NCBI GenBank assembly: GCA_003149635.1
Contig: QCWI01000015.1
Location: forward strand, 13,635 to 77,634
Reading direction: 5' to 3'
DNA: 64,000 nucleotides
Source: Fluviicola sp. XM-24bin1
GTDB lineage: Bacteria > Bacteroidota > Bacteroidia > Flavobacteriales_D > Crocinitomicaceae
Shown here: positions 46,061 to 54,259 of the stretch, in pieces
Position numbering within the stretch: the stretch's first letter is position 1
How the letters are laid out: every line of letters starts with the position of its first letter
Notes under the pieces: generated by a model
Databases searched by the model: none
Told to the model about the DNA's origin: nothing
The model's input: only the letters and a program-made list of their open reading frames with translations
Made by a program: the position numbers and the translations under genes

Positions 46061-47014
46061 TTAGCCGTTTTTCAAGACGTTGATTAGGGTTGCAGCTTTA
46101 TTTTCGGTTTCCTCCCATTCAGCCTCAGGATCAGAATCTTTTGTGAATCCACCGCCGAGGTAAAGGTATAATTTGTTATGTCCATATTCAGCGCATCGCA
46201 GGTTTACATACAATTTGGTTTCCTCTCCAACTAGGCCAATAATTCCCGCATAAAATCTACGATCGTGTCGTTCATTGTCGGCAATTAACTTCAACGCGTC
46301 CTTCACGGGCCAACCAGATACTGCTGGAGTTGGGTGCAATTTCTGCGCTAATTCCCAAGCTTTACCTTGAGGAAGATCAAACATAAACTCCGTCAATAAA
46401 TGTCGAACGGGGCCTGAGACCTTCTCTTTTCGATCGGATCGAAGAATATTTTGAATTTTCACCCCTTCAAGATTATTTTGAATGAAATCTGCCACCAATT
46501 CGTGCTCTTCAAATTCCTTTTCCGTCCACGGCAATTCCTCGTCTGTTCTCCGAGTACCCGCTAAGGCCATTGTAGTCCCTACTCCATCAACAGAAGTAAT
46601 CAAGGTTTCTGGTGTAGCACCAACCCAGCTCCCAGTAAGTTTACTAAAGAATGAGTACACGAACGCATTGGGATAAGCGTCGCACAACGCATCGAAAAAA
46701 TCATCTCTATTTTTTGGCAAGGGCACCGCTTTCACCCTAGATAACACCGCCTTGCCTCCGTTTTCAGAAAGATGCTTTATAAAAGCTTTTGCTCCTTTTC
46801 TGTATTCCGAAATTTTCGTAGCAATTGGTTCAGGATGATTGATAAAACTTCGATCTCCGTGGTCAAAGAATTGATACACTTTATCTCCAGTAAAACTAGA
46901 AACAACGAACCCCTCAGGAACCTGCCCAGGTTCAAGTAACTTGAACTCACCGGCCTTACGAACCTTGTCTTCGCCAGGAATTCGATAATCTAAAAGGTCC
47001 CAGAATTCTATCAC
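46061..47014 (-). CDS. menF: Isochorismate synthase
   Basis: Chorismate-binding core: LHPTPAVSG.P, R..YAG..G, GGG. I prefer the GTG at 47014, which overlaps the upstream TGA (GTGA). The ORF track's 47095 start would overlap the thioesterase by 85 nt. Confidence 0.8.
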   Translation of the reverse strand: MIEFWDLLDYRIPGEDKVRKAGEFKLLEPGQVPEGFVVSSFTGDKVYQFFDHGDRSFINHPEPIATKISEYRKGAKAFIKHLSENGGKAVLSRVKAVPLPKNRDDFFDALCDAYPNAFVYSFFSKLTGSWVGATPETLITSVDGVGTTMALAGTRRTDEELPWTEKEFEEHELVADFIQNNLEGVKIQNILRSDRKEKVSGPVRHLLTEFMFDLPQGKAWELAQKLHPTPAVSGWPVKDALKLIADNERHDRRFYAGIIGLVGEETKLYVNLRCAEYGHNKLYLYLGGGFTKDSDPEAEWEETENKAATLINVLKNG

Positions 47015-47433
47015 GCGATGGAAACTACCATGATTGTTAAACGACCTGTGCAAATGAGCTTGCCGGTTTCTTCGTGATGGATATCTACTTGCCAAAGATG
47101 TGTTCTTCGGCCCGCATGAACGATTTTACCCGTTGCTACTACGTGTCCATCCGTTGCTGAAGAAATGTGATTCGCATTGATTTCCAATCCTACCGGCGCT
47201 TCTTGAGATAAGTCCAAAATCAAAGCCGATCCCATAGAACCGATACTTTCGATCATTGCAGCACTTGCTCCTCCATGCAACAAGCCCATCGGCTGTTTGG
47301 TGGCCGCAGTTACCGGCATTCTGGATTTCACAAAATCCTCTCCGATTTCAATACATTCAATTCCAAGCACTTCCATCATCGTTCCACGATTGAGTGCATT
47401 CACTTCTTCCAACGCTACATTCTTCAACATCAT
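47011..47433 (-). CDS. Hotdog-fold PaaI-family thioesterase (DHNA-CoA hydrolase candidate by men context)
   Basis: GLLHGGASAAMIES motif, 140 aa, directly upstream of menF-menD. Confidence 0.8.
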   Translation of the reverse strand: MMLKNVALEEVNALNRGTMMEVLGIECIEIGEDFVKSRMPVTAATKQPMGLLHGGASAAMIESIGSMGSALILDLSQEAPVGLEINANHISSATDGHVVATGKIVHAGRRTHLWQVDIHHEETGKLICTGRLTIMVVSIA

Positions 47434-47515
47434 GTTTCAAAGATAATCAGGAATTAGCAACAATGTATCGTGGGTAAAATTTGAGATCACAAATTATTCT
47501 AATTGTCCCTTCTTT

Positions 47516-47523
47516 TACTTTTG
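47516..47523 (+). promoter_or_regulatory. Bacteroidota -7 promoter element candidate (TAnnTTTG)
   Basis: TACTTTTG lies 4 nt upstream of the murB ATG. Confidence 0.3.
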
Positions 47524-47527
47524 TGCT

Positions 47528-48535
47528 ATGATTCAAACCAACGTTGATCTTCAACCGTACAACACCTTTGGAATTTCGTGTAAAGCGAAGCGATTTGCTA
47601 CTTTCTCCAATGCCGAAGAACTTTCCGAAGTTCTAAGTCAAAGAAATGGAGACAATTTATTGGTTTTGGGCGGTGGAAGTAACATCCTGTTGACGCAAGA
47701 TTTTCAAGGACTTGTAATTAAAAATGAAGTCGTTGGATTTGATATCATCGAAAGTAATGAGGAAACAGCGCTGATTGAATCAGGCGCCGGAGAAGTATGG
47801 CACGATTTCGTCATGCGCTGCATTGAAGAAGGCCTCGGCGGCATTGAAAATCTTTCGCTGATTCCTGGAAGTGTTGGTGCCAGTCCCATGCAGAATATTG
47901 GTGCTTACGGTGTTGAGATCAAAGACACTTTTGACTCATTGAAAGCATATCATATCGAATCGGGTGAAGTGCACACCTTCAATCATACTCAGTGCGAGTT
48001 TGGGTATCGCGAAAGTGTATTTAAAAGAGCATTAAAAGGTCAATACATCATTCTATCAGTTCGATTTCGACTTTCAAAAAAACACACCATCAATTCAAGT
48101 TATGGCGCTATCGAAGCGGAATTGAAAGCCGTTGGGATAGAAAATCCGACAATTAAAGACATCAGTAATGCCGTGATTGCGATTCGCGCCAGCAAACTCC
48201 CCGATCCGAGAGAGATTGGGAATGCCGGAAGTTTCTTTAAAAACCCCGTGGTTGAGCAAGAGGTTGTGGATGCAATTGGACAACGTTACGATCAATTTCC
48301 GCAATATCCGGCTCCGAATAATAAAATCAAACTTGCCGCCGGATGGCTCATCGAACAAGCAGGTTGGAAAGGGAAAAATTTTGGGACATATGGCGTTCAT
48401 AAGAATCAAGCACTCGTCCTCGTAAACTACGGAGGATCAAAAGGCTCACAGATTTATGATTTATCAGAGCAAATCATTCAGGATGTTCGCACCAAGTTCG
48501 GAATTACACTTGAGCGCGAAGTAAACATGATTTGA
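47528..48535 (+). CDS. murB: UDP-N-acetylmuramate dehydrogenase
   Basis: FAD-binding PCMH domain (LVLGGGSNIL) and catalytic region (GNAGSFFKNP, AGWLIE.AG.KG). Confidence 0.92.
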   Translation: MIQTNVDLQPYNTFGISCKAKRFATFSNAEELSEVLSQRNGDNLLVLGGGSNILLTQDFQGLVIKNEVVGFDIIESNEETALIESGAGEVWHDFVMRCIEEGLGGIENLSLIPGSVGASPMQNIGAYGVEIKDTFDSLKAYHIESGEVHTFNHTQCEFGYRESVFKRALKGQYIILSVRFRLSKKHTINSSYGAIEAELKAVGIENPTIKDISNAVIAIRASKLPDPREIGNAGSFFKNPVVEQEVVDAIGQRYDQFPQYPAPNNKIKLAAGWLIEQAGWKGKNFGTYGVHKNQALVLVNYGGSKGSQIYDLSEQIIQDVRTKFGITLEREVNMI

Positions 48536-48688
48536 CCCATTTTTCATGTTAAATATTGGGCCTAAGTCAACTGCAAACTGCTTTTTGACACATTCTGCTA
48601 TTTACAGGTAAACCTTTTAATTTCCAATACGTTAATTCGATAGTGATACACGCGTAAGCGCTAATCAACAACTAACTGCAGTACGATT

Positions 48689-49033
48689 ATGACTACACTC
48701 ATTAAAAGGTGTGCGTTGGCTACAAGCCTGATTTTAGGTTCATGCACGCTAACCTTTGCACAAAACGAAACACCCATTGCTATGGAAATAGCTGATTTTT
48801 CCCATGTAGCTGGAACTTTTCATTTCGAATCCCCAACAGACAACATGTTTTTCTGGTCTACGGCTTACATAGAAAGTTTGTATTCTGACATCGAAAAGTA
48901 TCGATTGGATTACGAACACTACCGTTGGGAATTCACTAATGACATGACTATTGTGATTTATTCGAGAGAATACATCGAAAGCAATGAGTTCATCCCGAAC
49001 AACTCACCTTATAACCAAGTTGGAAAACTATGA
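48689..49033 (+). CDS. Hypothetical small secreted (lipo)protein, module copy 1
   Basis: Signal peptide with LGSC lipobox. The C-terminus TNDMTIVIYSREYIESNEF resembles the C-terminus of the 49845-50180 product. Stop overlaps the next start (ATGA). Confidence 0.5.
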   Translation: MTTLIKRCALATSLILGSCTLTFAQNETPIAMEIADFSHVAGTFHFESPTDNMFFWSTAYIESLYSDIEKYRLDYEHYRWEFTNDMTIVIYSREYIESNEFIPNNSPYNQVGKL

Positions 49034-49628
49034 GAACAAAATTACTACTCCTTGCAGCTGGATTATTCGCTGCCGGTCATGTTTCCGCGCAGCGTTATGA
49101 TGACGAATGTGATGACAACAACGATATCTCTATCCCGGGATGTTGTGTAGGTAACACCACAGGGGCTACATGGTCAGGATATGCCGATGTGAACTGTGTG
49201 AATATTTGGTTCGAAGGAACATCCAACGGGAACCCGGATATTTGGATGTCATTTACCGTACCAACATCTTGAAATGGAAAACCACGTCAGAAATCAATAC
49301 GAGTCACTTTAAAATTGAGCGATCTGTTGATGGAGAAAACTGGGAGCATTTGAATGATGTTGCAGCAAGCGGGAACACTAACACTGCCGTTTCTTACGTA
49401 TATCTTGACAAAACATATTCAGACCTCATGAACTACTACCGTTTGGCGCAATATGACAACGACGGAACTCTCGTATGGGTGGATCGAGTTACCATTGATA
49501 ATACGTCAAAAGACTCATCGGTTGTTAAGACTGTTAACTCATTAGGCCAAGTTGTTGCTTCGGATACGAAAGGAATTGTCTTCGATGTGTATTCCGATGG
49601 ATCCATGAAAAAGCGAGTGAACGAATAG
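49030..49628 (+). pseudogene. Truncated, frame-disrupted paralogue of the 50167-52134 CUB/CTD protein
   Basis: Frame 1 (49030-49272) has a signal peptide plus ECDDNNDISIPGCC..NPDIWMSFTVP. From about 49262, frame 3 continues with ILKWKTTSEINTSHFKIERSVDGENW...NYYRLAQYDNDG and a CTD-like tail. Both parts match domains of the downstream 666-aa protein. Confidence 0.55.
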
Positions 49629-49653
49629 TACAAACAACACCGAATTATTAACG

Positions 49654-49689
49654 AAGCGCACCTTAGTTTAAAGTGCGCTTTTCTTTTTG
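49654..49689 (+). terminator. Rho-independent terminator
   Basis: 8-bp stem aagcgcac / gtgcgctt, followed by ttctttttg. Confidence 0.7.
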
Positions 49690-49844
49690 CAGGACTCAAT
49701 CTATTCATATTCAAACACTAAAACACCTGCTAACTGTTTGTTTTTTTTTAAAAACTAAGGCAACCTTTTTGTGAAATTCTACGTTGACGTTGCAACTGCC
49801 TTATGGTTAGCTGTGAGGAACAGAAACTAATTAAACTAACTGAG

Positions 49845-50180
49845 ATGAAACTAGCGCTACTAATTAGCTTGCAATTGCTTGCCTCTAGCACGTGTCTTGC
49901 CCAAGATCCGTCTGGATCAAAGGCCATAACGACCGTCCAATCCGAAGACGAACTGTCACAAGCAAAGGAATTTTATGGAGAATATTATCGTATTCTTCAT
50001 TCGGATTTAACTCCGTACGTACTTACTGGATCTGATGATGCGCTTTTGGAAAAAGTGAATATCGCCGAAGTAATCAAAAGAAGAGAAGTAGGAAAACGAG
50101 TTCGTTTGGGCATTGCTGGAACGGATATGATCCTTGAAATTTTACCAACCATTAATTACGAGACCAATGAAATCGAATAA
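49845..50180 (+). CDS. Hypothetical small secreted protein, module copy 2
   Basis: Signal peptide MKLALLISLQLLASSTCLAQ, which I prefer over the ATG at 49803. The C-terminus GTDMILEILPTINYETNEI is related to copy 1. Overlaps the next gene by 14 nt. Confidence 0.5.
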   Translation: MKLALLISLQLLASSTCLAQDPSGSKAITTVQSEDELSQAKEFYGEYYRILHSDLTPYVLTGSDDALLEKVNIAEVIKRREVGKRVRLGIAGTDMILEILPTINYETNEIE

Positions 50181-52134
50181 ATTGACATTTGCTCCGCTAT
50201 TAGTGGTGCTTTTCTGTATAACACTGGGATATTCTTATGCTCAAACGTATAACATGCCCGGTGGTACTATTACTACTTGTTCCGGAAACTTCTACGATAC
50301 TGGAGGTTCAGGAGGAAACTACGGAAATGGTGAAAACATCGTTACTACATTCTGCGCACCTGCAGGCCAATGTGTTACAATCACCTTTACTGATATCGAC
50401 CTAAGAAACAACGACCAGTTGGGGATTTACGACGGTCCAAACAACACGTCTCCACAGTTGGCATTGTTCGAAAATGTTACCAACGGATCAGGAACATACA
50501 CATCAACTACGGGCTGTTTGACAGTTTGGTTTACATCCAATAACTCGCAAAACGAAAATGGTTGGGTAGCTAGTATTTCTTGTTCCGCCGGTTGTATCGG
50601 AGGTTGTACAAACCCTGCTGCTTTGAATTACGATCCAACAGCGACGTACGACGATGGTACTTGTACCTACCCTGCTCCAGACTACACACATCCAACCGTA
50701 GGAATTCAGAACGAGTTCGTGGGAAGTTGTTTAGTTACTGATTGTGGGCCAAGCACATATACCGATGATGGAGGAAACGGAGCCAACTACTCTGATAACA
50801 TTAACAATATCTATCGTGTATTCTGCCCGGATGCAGCCGGACAATGTATGCAGGTAACGTTCAACTCTTTCGATATGTACACAGGTAATACCTTAGACTA
50901 CTTGATCGTGAAGAATGGACCAACACAGAACAGTACGGATATCATTCAATTGAATTCAACCAACAACGGAACACCTGGGCCTTACACATCAACCGACCCG
51001 AGTGGCTGTTTGACCTTTAGGTTCTACTCCAGTGGGGTGAACAATGCCACTGGTTGGAACGCAACACTTCAGTGTGTTCCTTGTGCAGGAGGCCCGAATG
51101 GTATGGACAATAATGACTGTACGAATATGACGCCGCTCTGTTCCTCTGCGACCGTATCTGGAAACGCTACAGGACCAGGAATTGAAGCGGAAGGATGTAC
51201 GGGTAACGCTTGTCCAGCAGGAGGAGAAAACCACTCAAACTGGTACACGTTTACAGCGCAAACTACAGGTACACTGAACATTACTATCACACCTGCAACA
51301 GGAACCGATGATTACGATTTCGCGATTTACGGCCCGAATGCTACATGTGCGTCCCTTGGAAACCCAATTCGTTGTACTGACTCAGGTACTACTGGAACCA
51401 CCGGACTTGGTGGGGATACAGACAACACAGAAGACGTAACTGGTAATGGTCAATTGGCAACAATGAACGTAATTGCTGGTGAATCTTACATCTTGGTGGT
51501 TGACGAATGGAGTCCGAACGCTGGTTCTGGATACGATCTTTCGTTCTCTGGAACAGCATCATTGGATTGTACCATTCTACCAGTTGAATTGGCTGATTTC
51601 TATGTTGAGTACAATACGGAATTCGCTGAGAACACAATCGTTTGGACAACAGAATCTGAAAGAGAATGTGATTACTGGGAAGTTGAGCACTCAATGGACG
51701 GTAAGAACTGGGAAGTTGTTCAGAAAATGAACGGTCAAGGTACCACTACGAATAAAACGCAGTACCTTTACTCACATCCAGTTGCTCAGGCGGGTGTACA
51801 TTACTACCGATTGAATCAATATGATTTCGACGGATCTAACACCTACTCTACTGTAAAAACAGTAAACATCCTTGATGACCAGTACGATCTACTTTCTGCA
51901 ACTCCAAACCCAACATCTGGAATTACAGAAGTAATCTACAACTCGTACAAGGACGAAGATGTGTACTTATCAGTAACATCTCACAACGGAGCTCAAATCG
52001 TGAAAACAGAATTGAAAGCTGAGCGCGGAGGAAACAGATTCAACTTGGATCTTTCCGAGCATGCTGAAGGTATGTACTTCATTACAATTACAACAAGTGA
52101 TAAAGTGTACGCTACACGAGTGAACAAGCAATAA
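50167..52134 (+). CDS. Secreted multidomain protein: two CUB-like domains, PPC-like domain, YYRL-type domain, T9SS CTD
   Basis: Signal peptide MKSNKLTFAPLLVVLFCITLGYSYAQ. Two CUB-like units (C.GNFYD.GG.GGNY...L.IYDG and C...Y.DDGGNGANY...L.VKNG). Then WTTESERECDYWEVEHSMDGKNW...HYYRLNQYDFDG and the CTD (ATPNPTSGITEV...GMYFITITTSDKVYATRVNKQ). Confidence 0.75.
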   Translation: MKSNKLTFAPLLVVLFCITLGYSYAQTYNMPGGTITTCSGNFYDTGGSGGNYGNGENIVTTFCAPAGQCVTITFTDIDLRNNDQLGIYDGPNNTSPQLALFENVTNGSGTYTSTTGCLTVWFTSNNSQNENGWVASISCSAGCIGGCTNPAALNYDPTATYDDGTCTYPAPDYTHPTVGIQNEFVGSCLVTDCGPSTYTDDGGNGANYSDNINNIYRVFCPDAAGQCMQVTFNSFDMYTGNTLDYLIVKNGPTQNSTDIIQLNSTNNGTPGPYTSTDPSGCLTFRFYSSGVNNATGWNATLQCVPCAGGPNGMDNNDCTNMTPLCSSATVSGNATGPGIEAEGCTGNACPAGGENHSNWYTFTAQTTGTLNITITPATGTDDYDFAIYGPNATCASLGNPIRCTDSGTTGTTGLGGDTDNTEDVTGNGQLATMNVIAGESYILVVDEWSPNAGSGYDLSFSGTASLDCTILPVELADFYVEYNTEFAENTIVWTTESERECDYWEVEHSMDGKNWEVVQKMNGQGTTTNKTQYLYSHPVAQAGVHYYRLNQYDFDGSNTYSTVKTVNILDDQYDLLSATPNPTSGITEVIYNSYKDEDVYLSVTSHNGAQIVKTELKAERGGNRFNLDLSEHAEGMYFITITTSDKVYATRVNKQ

Positions 52135-52160
52135 GAATAGAATAAAGTTATAGCAAGAAT

Positions 52161-52196
52161 GGAGCGTAGTCGAGATTTCGGCTGCGCTTCTTTTTT
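52161..52196 (+). terminator. Rho-independent terminator
   Basis: 11-bp stem agcgtagtcga / tcggctgcgct with loop gatt, followed by tctttttt. Its T-run reaches the stop of the convergent helicase gene. Confidence 0.8.
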
Positions 52197-53427
52197 ACCA
52201 GGTATCTTCGGTACCGTCTTCGGAATTGGCTTTCCTCAGCAACGCTTGCCAATCATCGGTTCCGTCGTCTGAATCCTTGACGATACTTTCGTAATCACCT
52301 TTGGATAGGTCGTAGACCTCAATCGTTTCTCCCGTGTACTCTTCGATCTCCTTCAACAATTCGCGTTCGCCTTCACTGCAGAAAGACAAAGCTTGCCCGC
52401 GATTCTTACCGCGTCCTGTTCGCCCACAACGGTGCACGTAATTTTCAGCAACATCGGGTAAATCGTAATTGACAACGTATTCCACAGATGGAATATCAAT
52501 CCCACGTGCAGCAACGTCTGTTGTAATCAACACCCGATTTTCTCCAGACCGGAAACGCTCCAAAATAGCAAAACGATCTTTTTGATCCACACCGCCGTGC
52601 AACGCTTCGGAAGCAATTGCTACGCGCGCCATCGCCTTTACAACGCGTTCTACACGCACTTTTGTTCGGGCAAATACCACAACCTTCATTTCTGGATATT
52701 CCTTCAAGAGATTCTCTAAAAAGAAACGCTTATCTTCCATTTCAACGAAAGTCACCGCGTGATCGATATTCTTAGCAACAGGATTCTTCGGTGAGATTTG
52801 AATGCGAATCGTATTGTGCTTGCTCACCACTTCATAGGCCAAGGACTTAATCGTCTTGGAAATAGTCGCTGAAAAGAACAAATTCTGGCGCTTTTTAGGC
52901 AAATACCTTAGCACATCTCGAATATCTTTCGCGAAGCCCATATCGAGCATTAAATCCGCCTCATCAAGGATTAAATATTCCACTCTGGACAAATCCAATG
53001 CCTTCTGTGCGTTCAAATCAAACATTCGACCAGGCGTTGCAATCAAAATATCGATCCCGTTATCCAACGTCCGAATTTGTTGCTCTTGCTCTACACCACC
53101 AAACAGTCCGAAGACTTTTACCCCTGTGTGCTTTCCGATTTCGCGATACACGCCTGCAATTTGTTTGGCCAATTCACGCGTTGGAACCATTACCAAGCAG
53201 CGAACATAGCCCCTGCTGTATTTGCGTTTTCGCGTTTGAATCATGTGAAGTGTAGGAATGGCGAAGGCGGCCGTTTTCCCAGTTCCCGTTTGCGCAATCG
53301 CCATGACATCTTCGCCTTCCAAAATATGGCGAATTGCTTTGTATTGAATATCTGTAGGGCGTTTCCAACCCAATTTATCCAATTGCGTTTTAATTTCTGA
53401 CGATATGCGGTAATCCTGAAACTTCAC
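52195..53427 (-). CDS. DEAD-box ATP-dependent RNA helicase
   Basis: Q-motif region, AQTGTGKT, PTRELA, DEAD (LDEADLM), SAT and HRCGRTGR motifs. Confidence 0.93.
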   Translation of the reverse strand: MKFQDYRISSEIKTQLDKLGWKRPTDIQYKAIRHILEGEDVMAIAQTGTGKTAAFAIPTLHMIQTRKRKYSRGYVRCLVMVPTRELAKQIAGVYREIGKHTGVKVFGLFGGVEQEQQIRTLDNGIDILIATPGRMFDLNAQKALDLSRVEYLILDEADLMLDMGFAKDIRDVLRYLPKKRQNLFFSATISKTIKSLAYEVVSKHNTIRIQISPKNPVAKNIDHAVTFVEMEDKRFFLENLLKEYPEMKVVVFARTKVRVERVVKAMARVAIASEALHGGVDQKDRFAILERFRSGENRVLITTDVAARGIDIPSVEYVVNYDLPDVAENYVHRCGRTGRGKNRGQALSFCSEGERELLKEIEEYTGETIEVYDLSKGDYESIVKDSDDGTDDWQALLRKANSEDGTEDTW

Positions 53428-53435
53428 GTTGTAAA

Positions 53436-53477
53436 AATAAAAAACCGGGCATCTCGACTACGCTCGATGACCGGTTT
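53436..53477 (-). terminator. Rho-independent terminator of the Nif3 / zinc-ribbon operon
   Basis: Minus strand reads aaaccgg tcatcgagcgtagtcgagatgc ccggttt with additional inner pairing, followed by a T-run. Confidence 0.65.
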
Positions 53478-53500
53478 CTTTCTTTAAAAATATTGTTTGC

Positions 53501-54256
53501 TTACGCTTCTACTTCTTCCGTTGCAGGAACAAGGATCCGTCCACAGTGCTCACAAGTGATCACTTTCTTTTTCGTTTGAATGTCCAATTGACGTTGCGGT
53601 GGAATCTTGTTGAAACATCCTCCACAAGAATCACGATCTACAGGTACAACTGCCAATCCGTTCTTCGCGTTGTCACGCAAACGTGTGTATGCATTTGCCA
53701 AACGCTCGTCCATCTTTTTCAATGCAGAAGCCGATTTCTTCAATAACTTCTCTTCTTGTGCTTGCGTTTCAGCAATGATTTCATCCAATTCAGATTTCTT
53801 CTCTGCCAAATCGTTTGCACGCAAGTCACGACGCTCTTTTGCTTCATCCAAAACTTCTTTCTTGTGTGCGATTTTCGCTTTGGATTCTTTGCTACGCTTT
53901 TCGTTCAATTTGATTTCCAGTTCCTGGTATTCAATCTCTTTTGAGATCGATTCAAATTCACGGTTATTTCGAACGTTGTTTTGTTGCTCTTTGTATTTCG
54001 CGATTGCGATTTCCGCCTCTTTGTTCGAGTTCTTACGATCAGAGATATCTTTCTCGAACGTTGCGATTTCTTCTTCCAACTTGGCGATTCTAGTATCCAA
54101 CCCTTCCAATTCGTCTTCCAAATCTTGAACTTCCAAAGGAAGCTCTCCGCGAATCGTACGGATTCGATCGATTTCAGAATCAATCATTTGCAATTCGTAC
54201 AGACCGTCTAGTTTCTCTTCTACAGACGCCTCTTTTTTCGTTGCAGCTTTTGCCAT
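53501..54256 (-). CDS. Coiled-coil protein with C-terminal C4 zinc ribbon (COG1579/DUF164-like)
   Basis: Long E/K-rich coiled coil, then CGGC...x19...CEHCGR. The pairing with Nif3 upstream is a conserved arrangement. Confidence 0.7.
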   Translation of the reverse strand: MAKAATKKEASVEEKLDGLYELQMIDSEIDRIRTIRGELPLEVQDLEDELEGLDTRIAKLEEEIATFEKDISDRKNSNKEAEIAIAKYKEQQNNVRNNREFESISKEIEYQELEIKLNEKRSKESKAKIAHKKEVLDEAKERRDLRANDLAEKKSELDEIIAETQAQEEKLLKKSASALKKMDERLANAYTRLRDNAKNGLAVVPVDRDSCGGCFNKIPPQRQLDIQTKKKVITCEHCGRILVPATEEVEA

Positions 54257-54259
54257 CAG

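Noticed and set aside
53607-54128. A 173-aa + strand ORF, plus several shorter ones, antisense to the zinc-ribbon coiled-coil gene.
   Set aside because: It is an artefact of the E/K-rich (GAA/AAG) coiled-coil coding. The antisense reads as an F/S/L-rich low-complexity peptide. The minus-strand product has the CxxC...CxxC zinc ribbon and conserved Nif3 adjacency.
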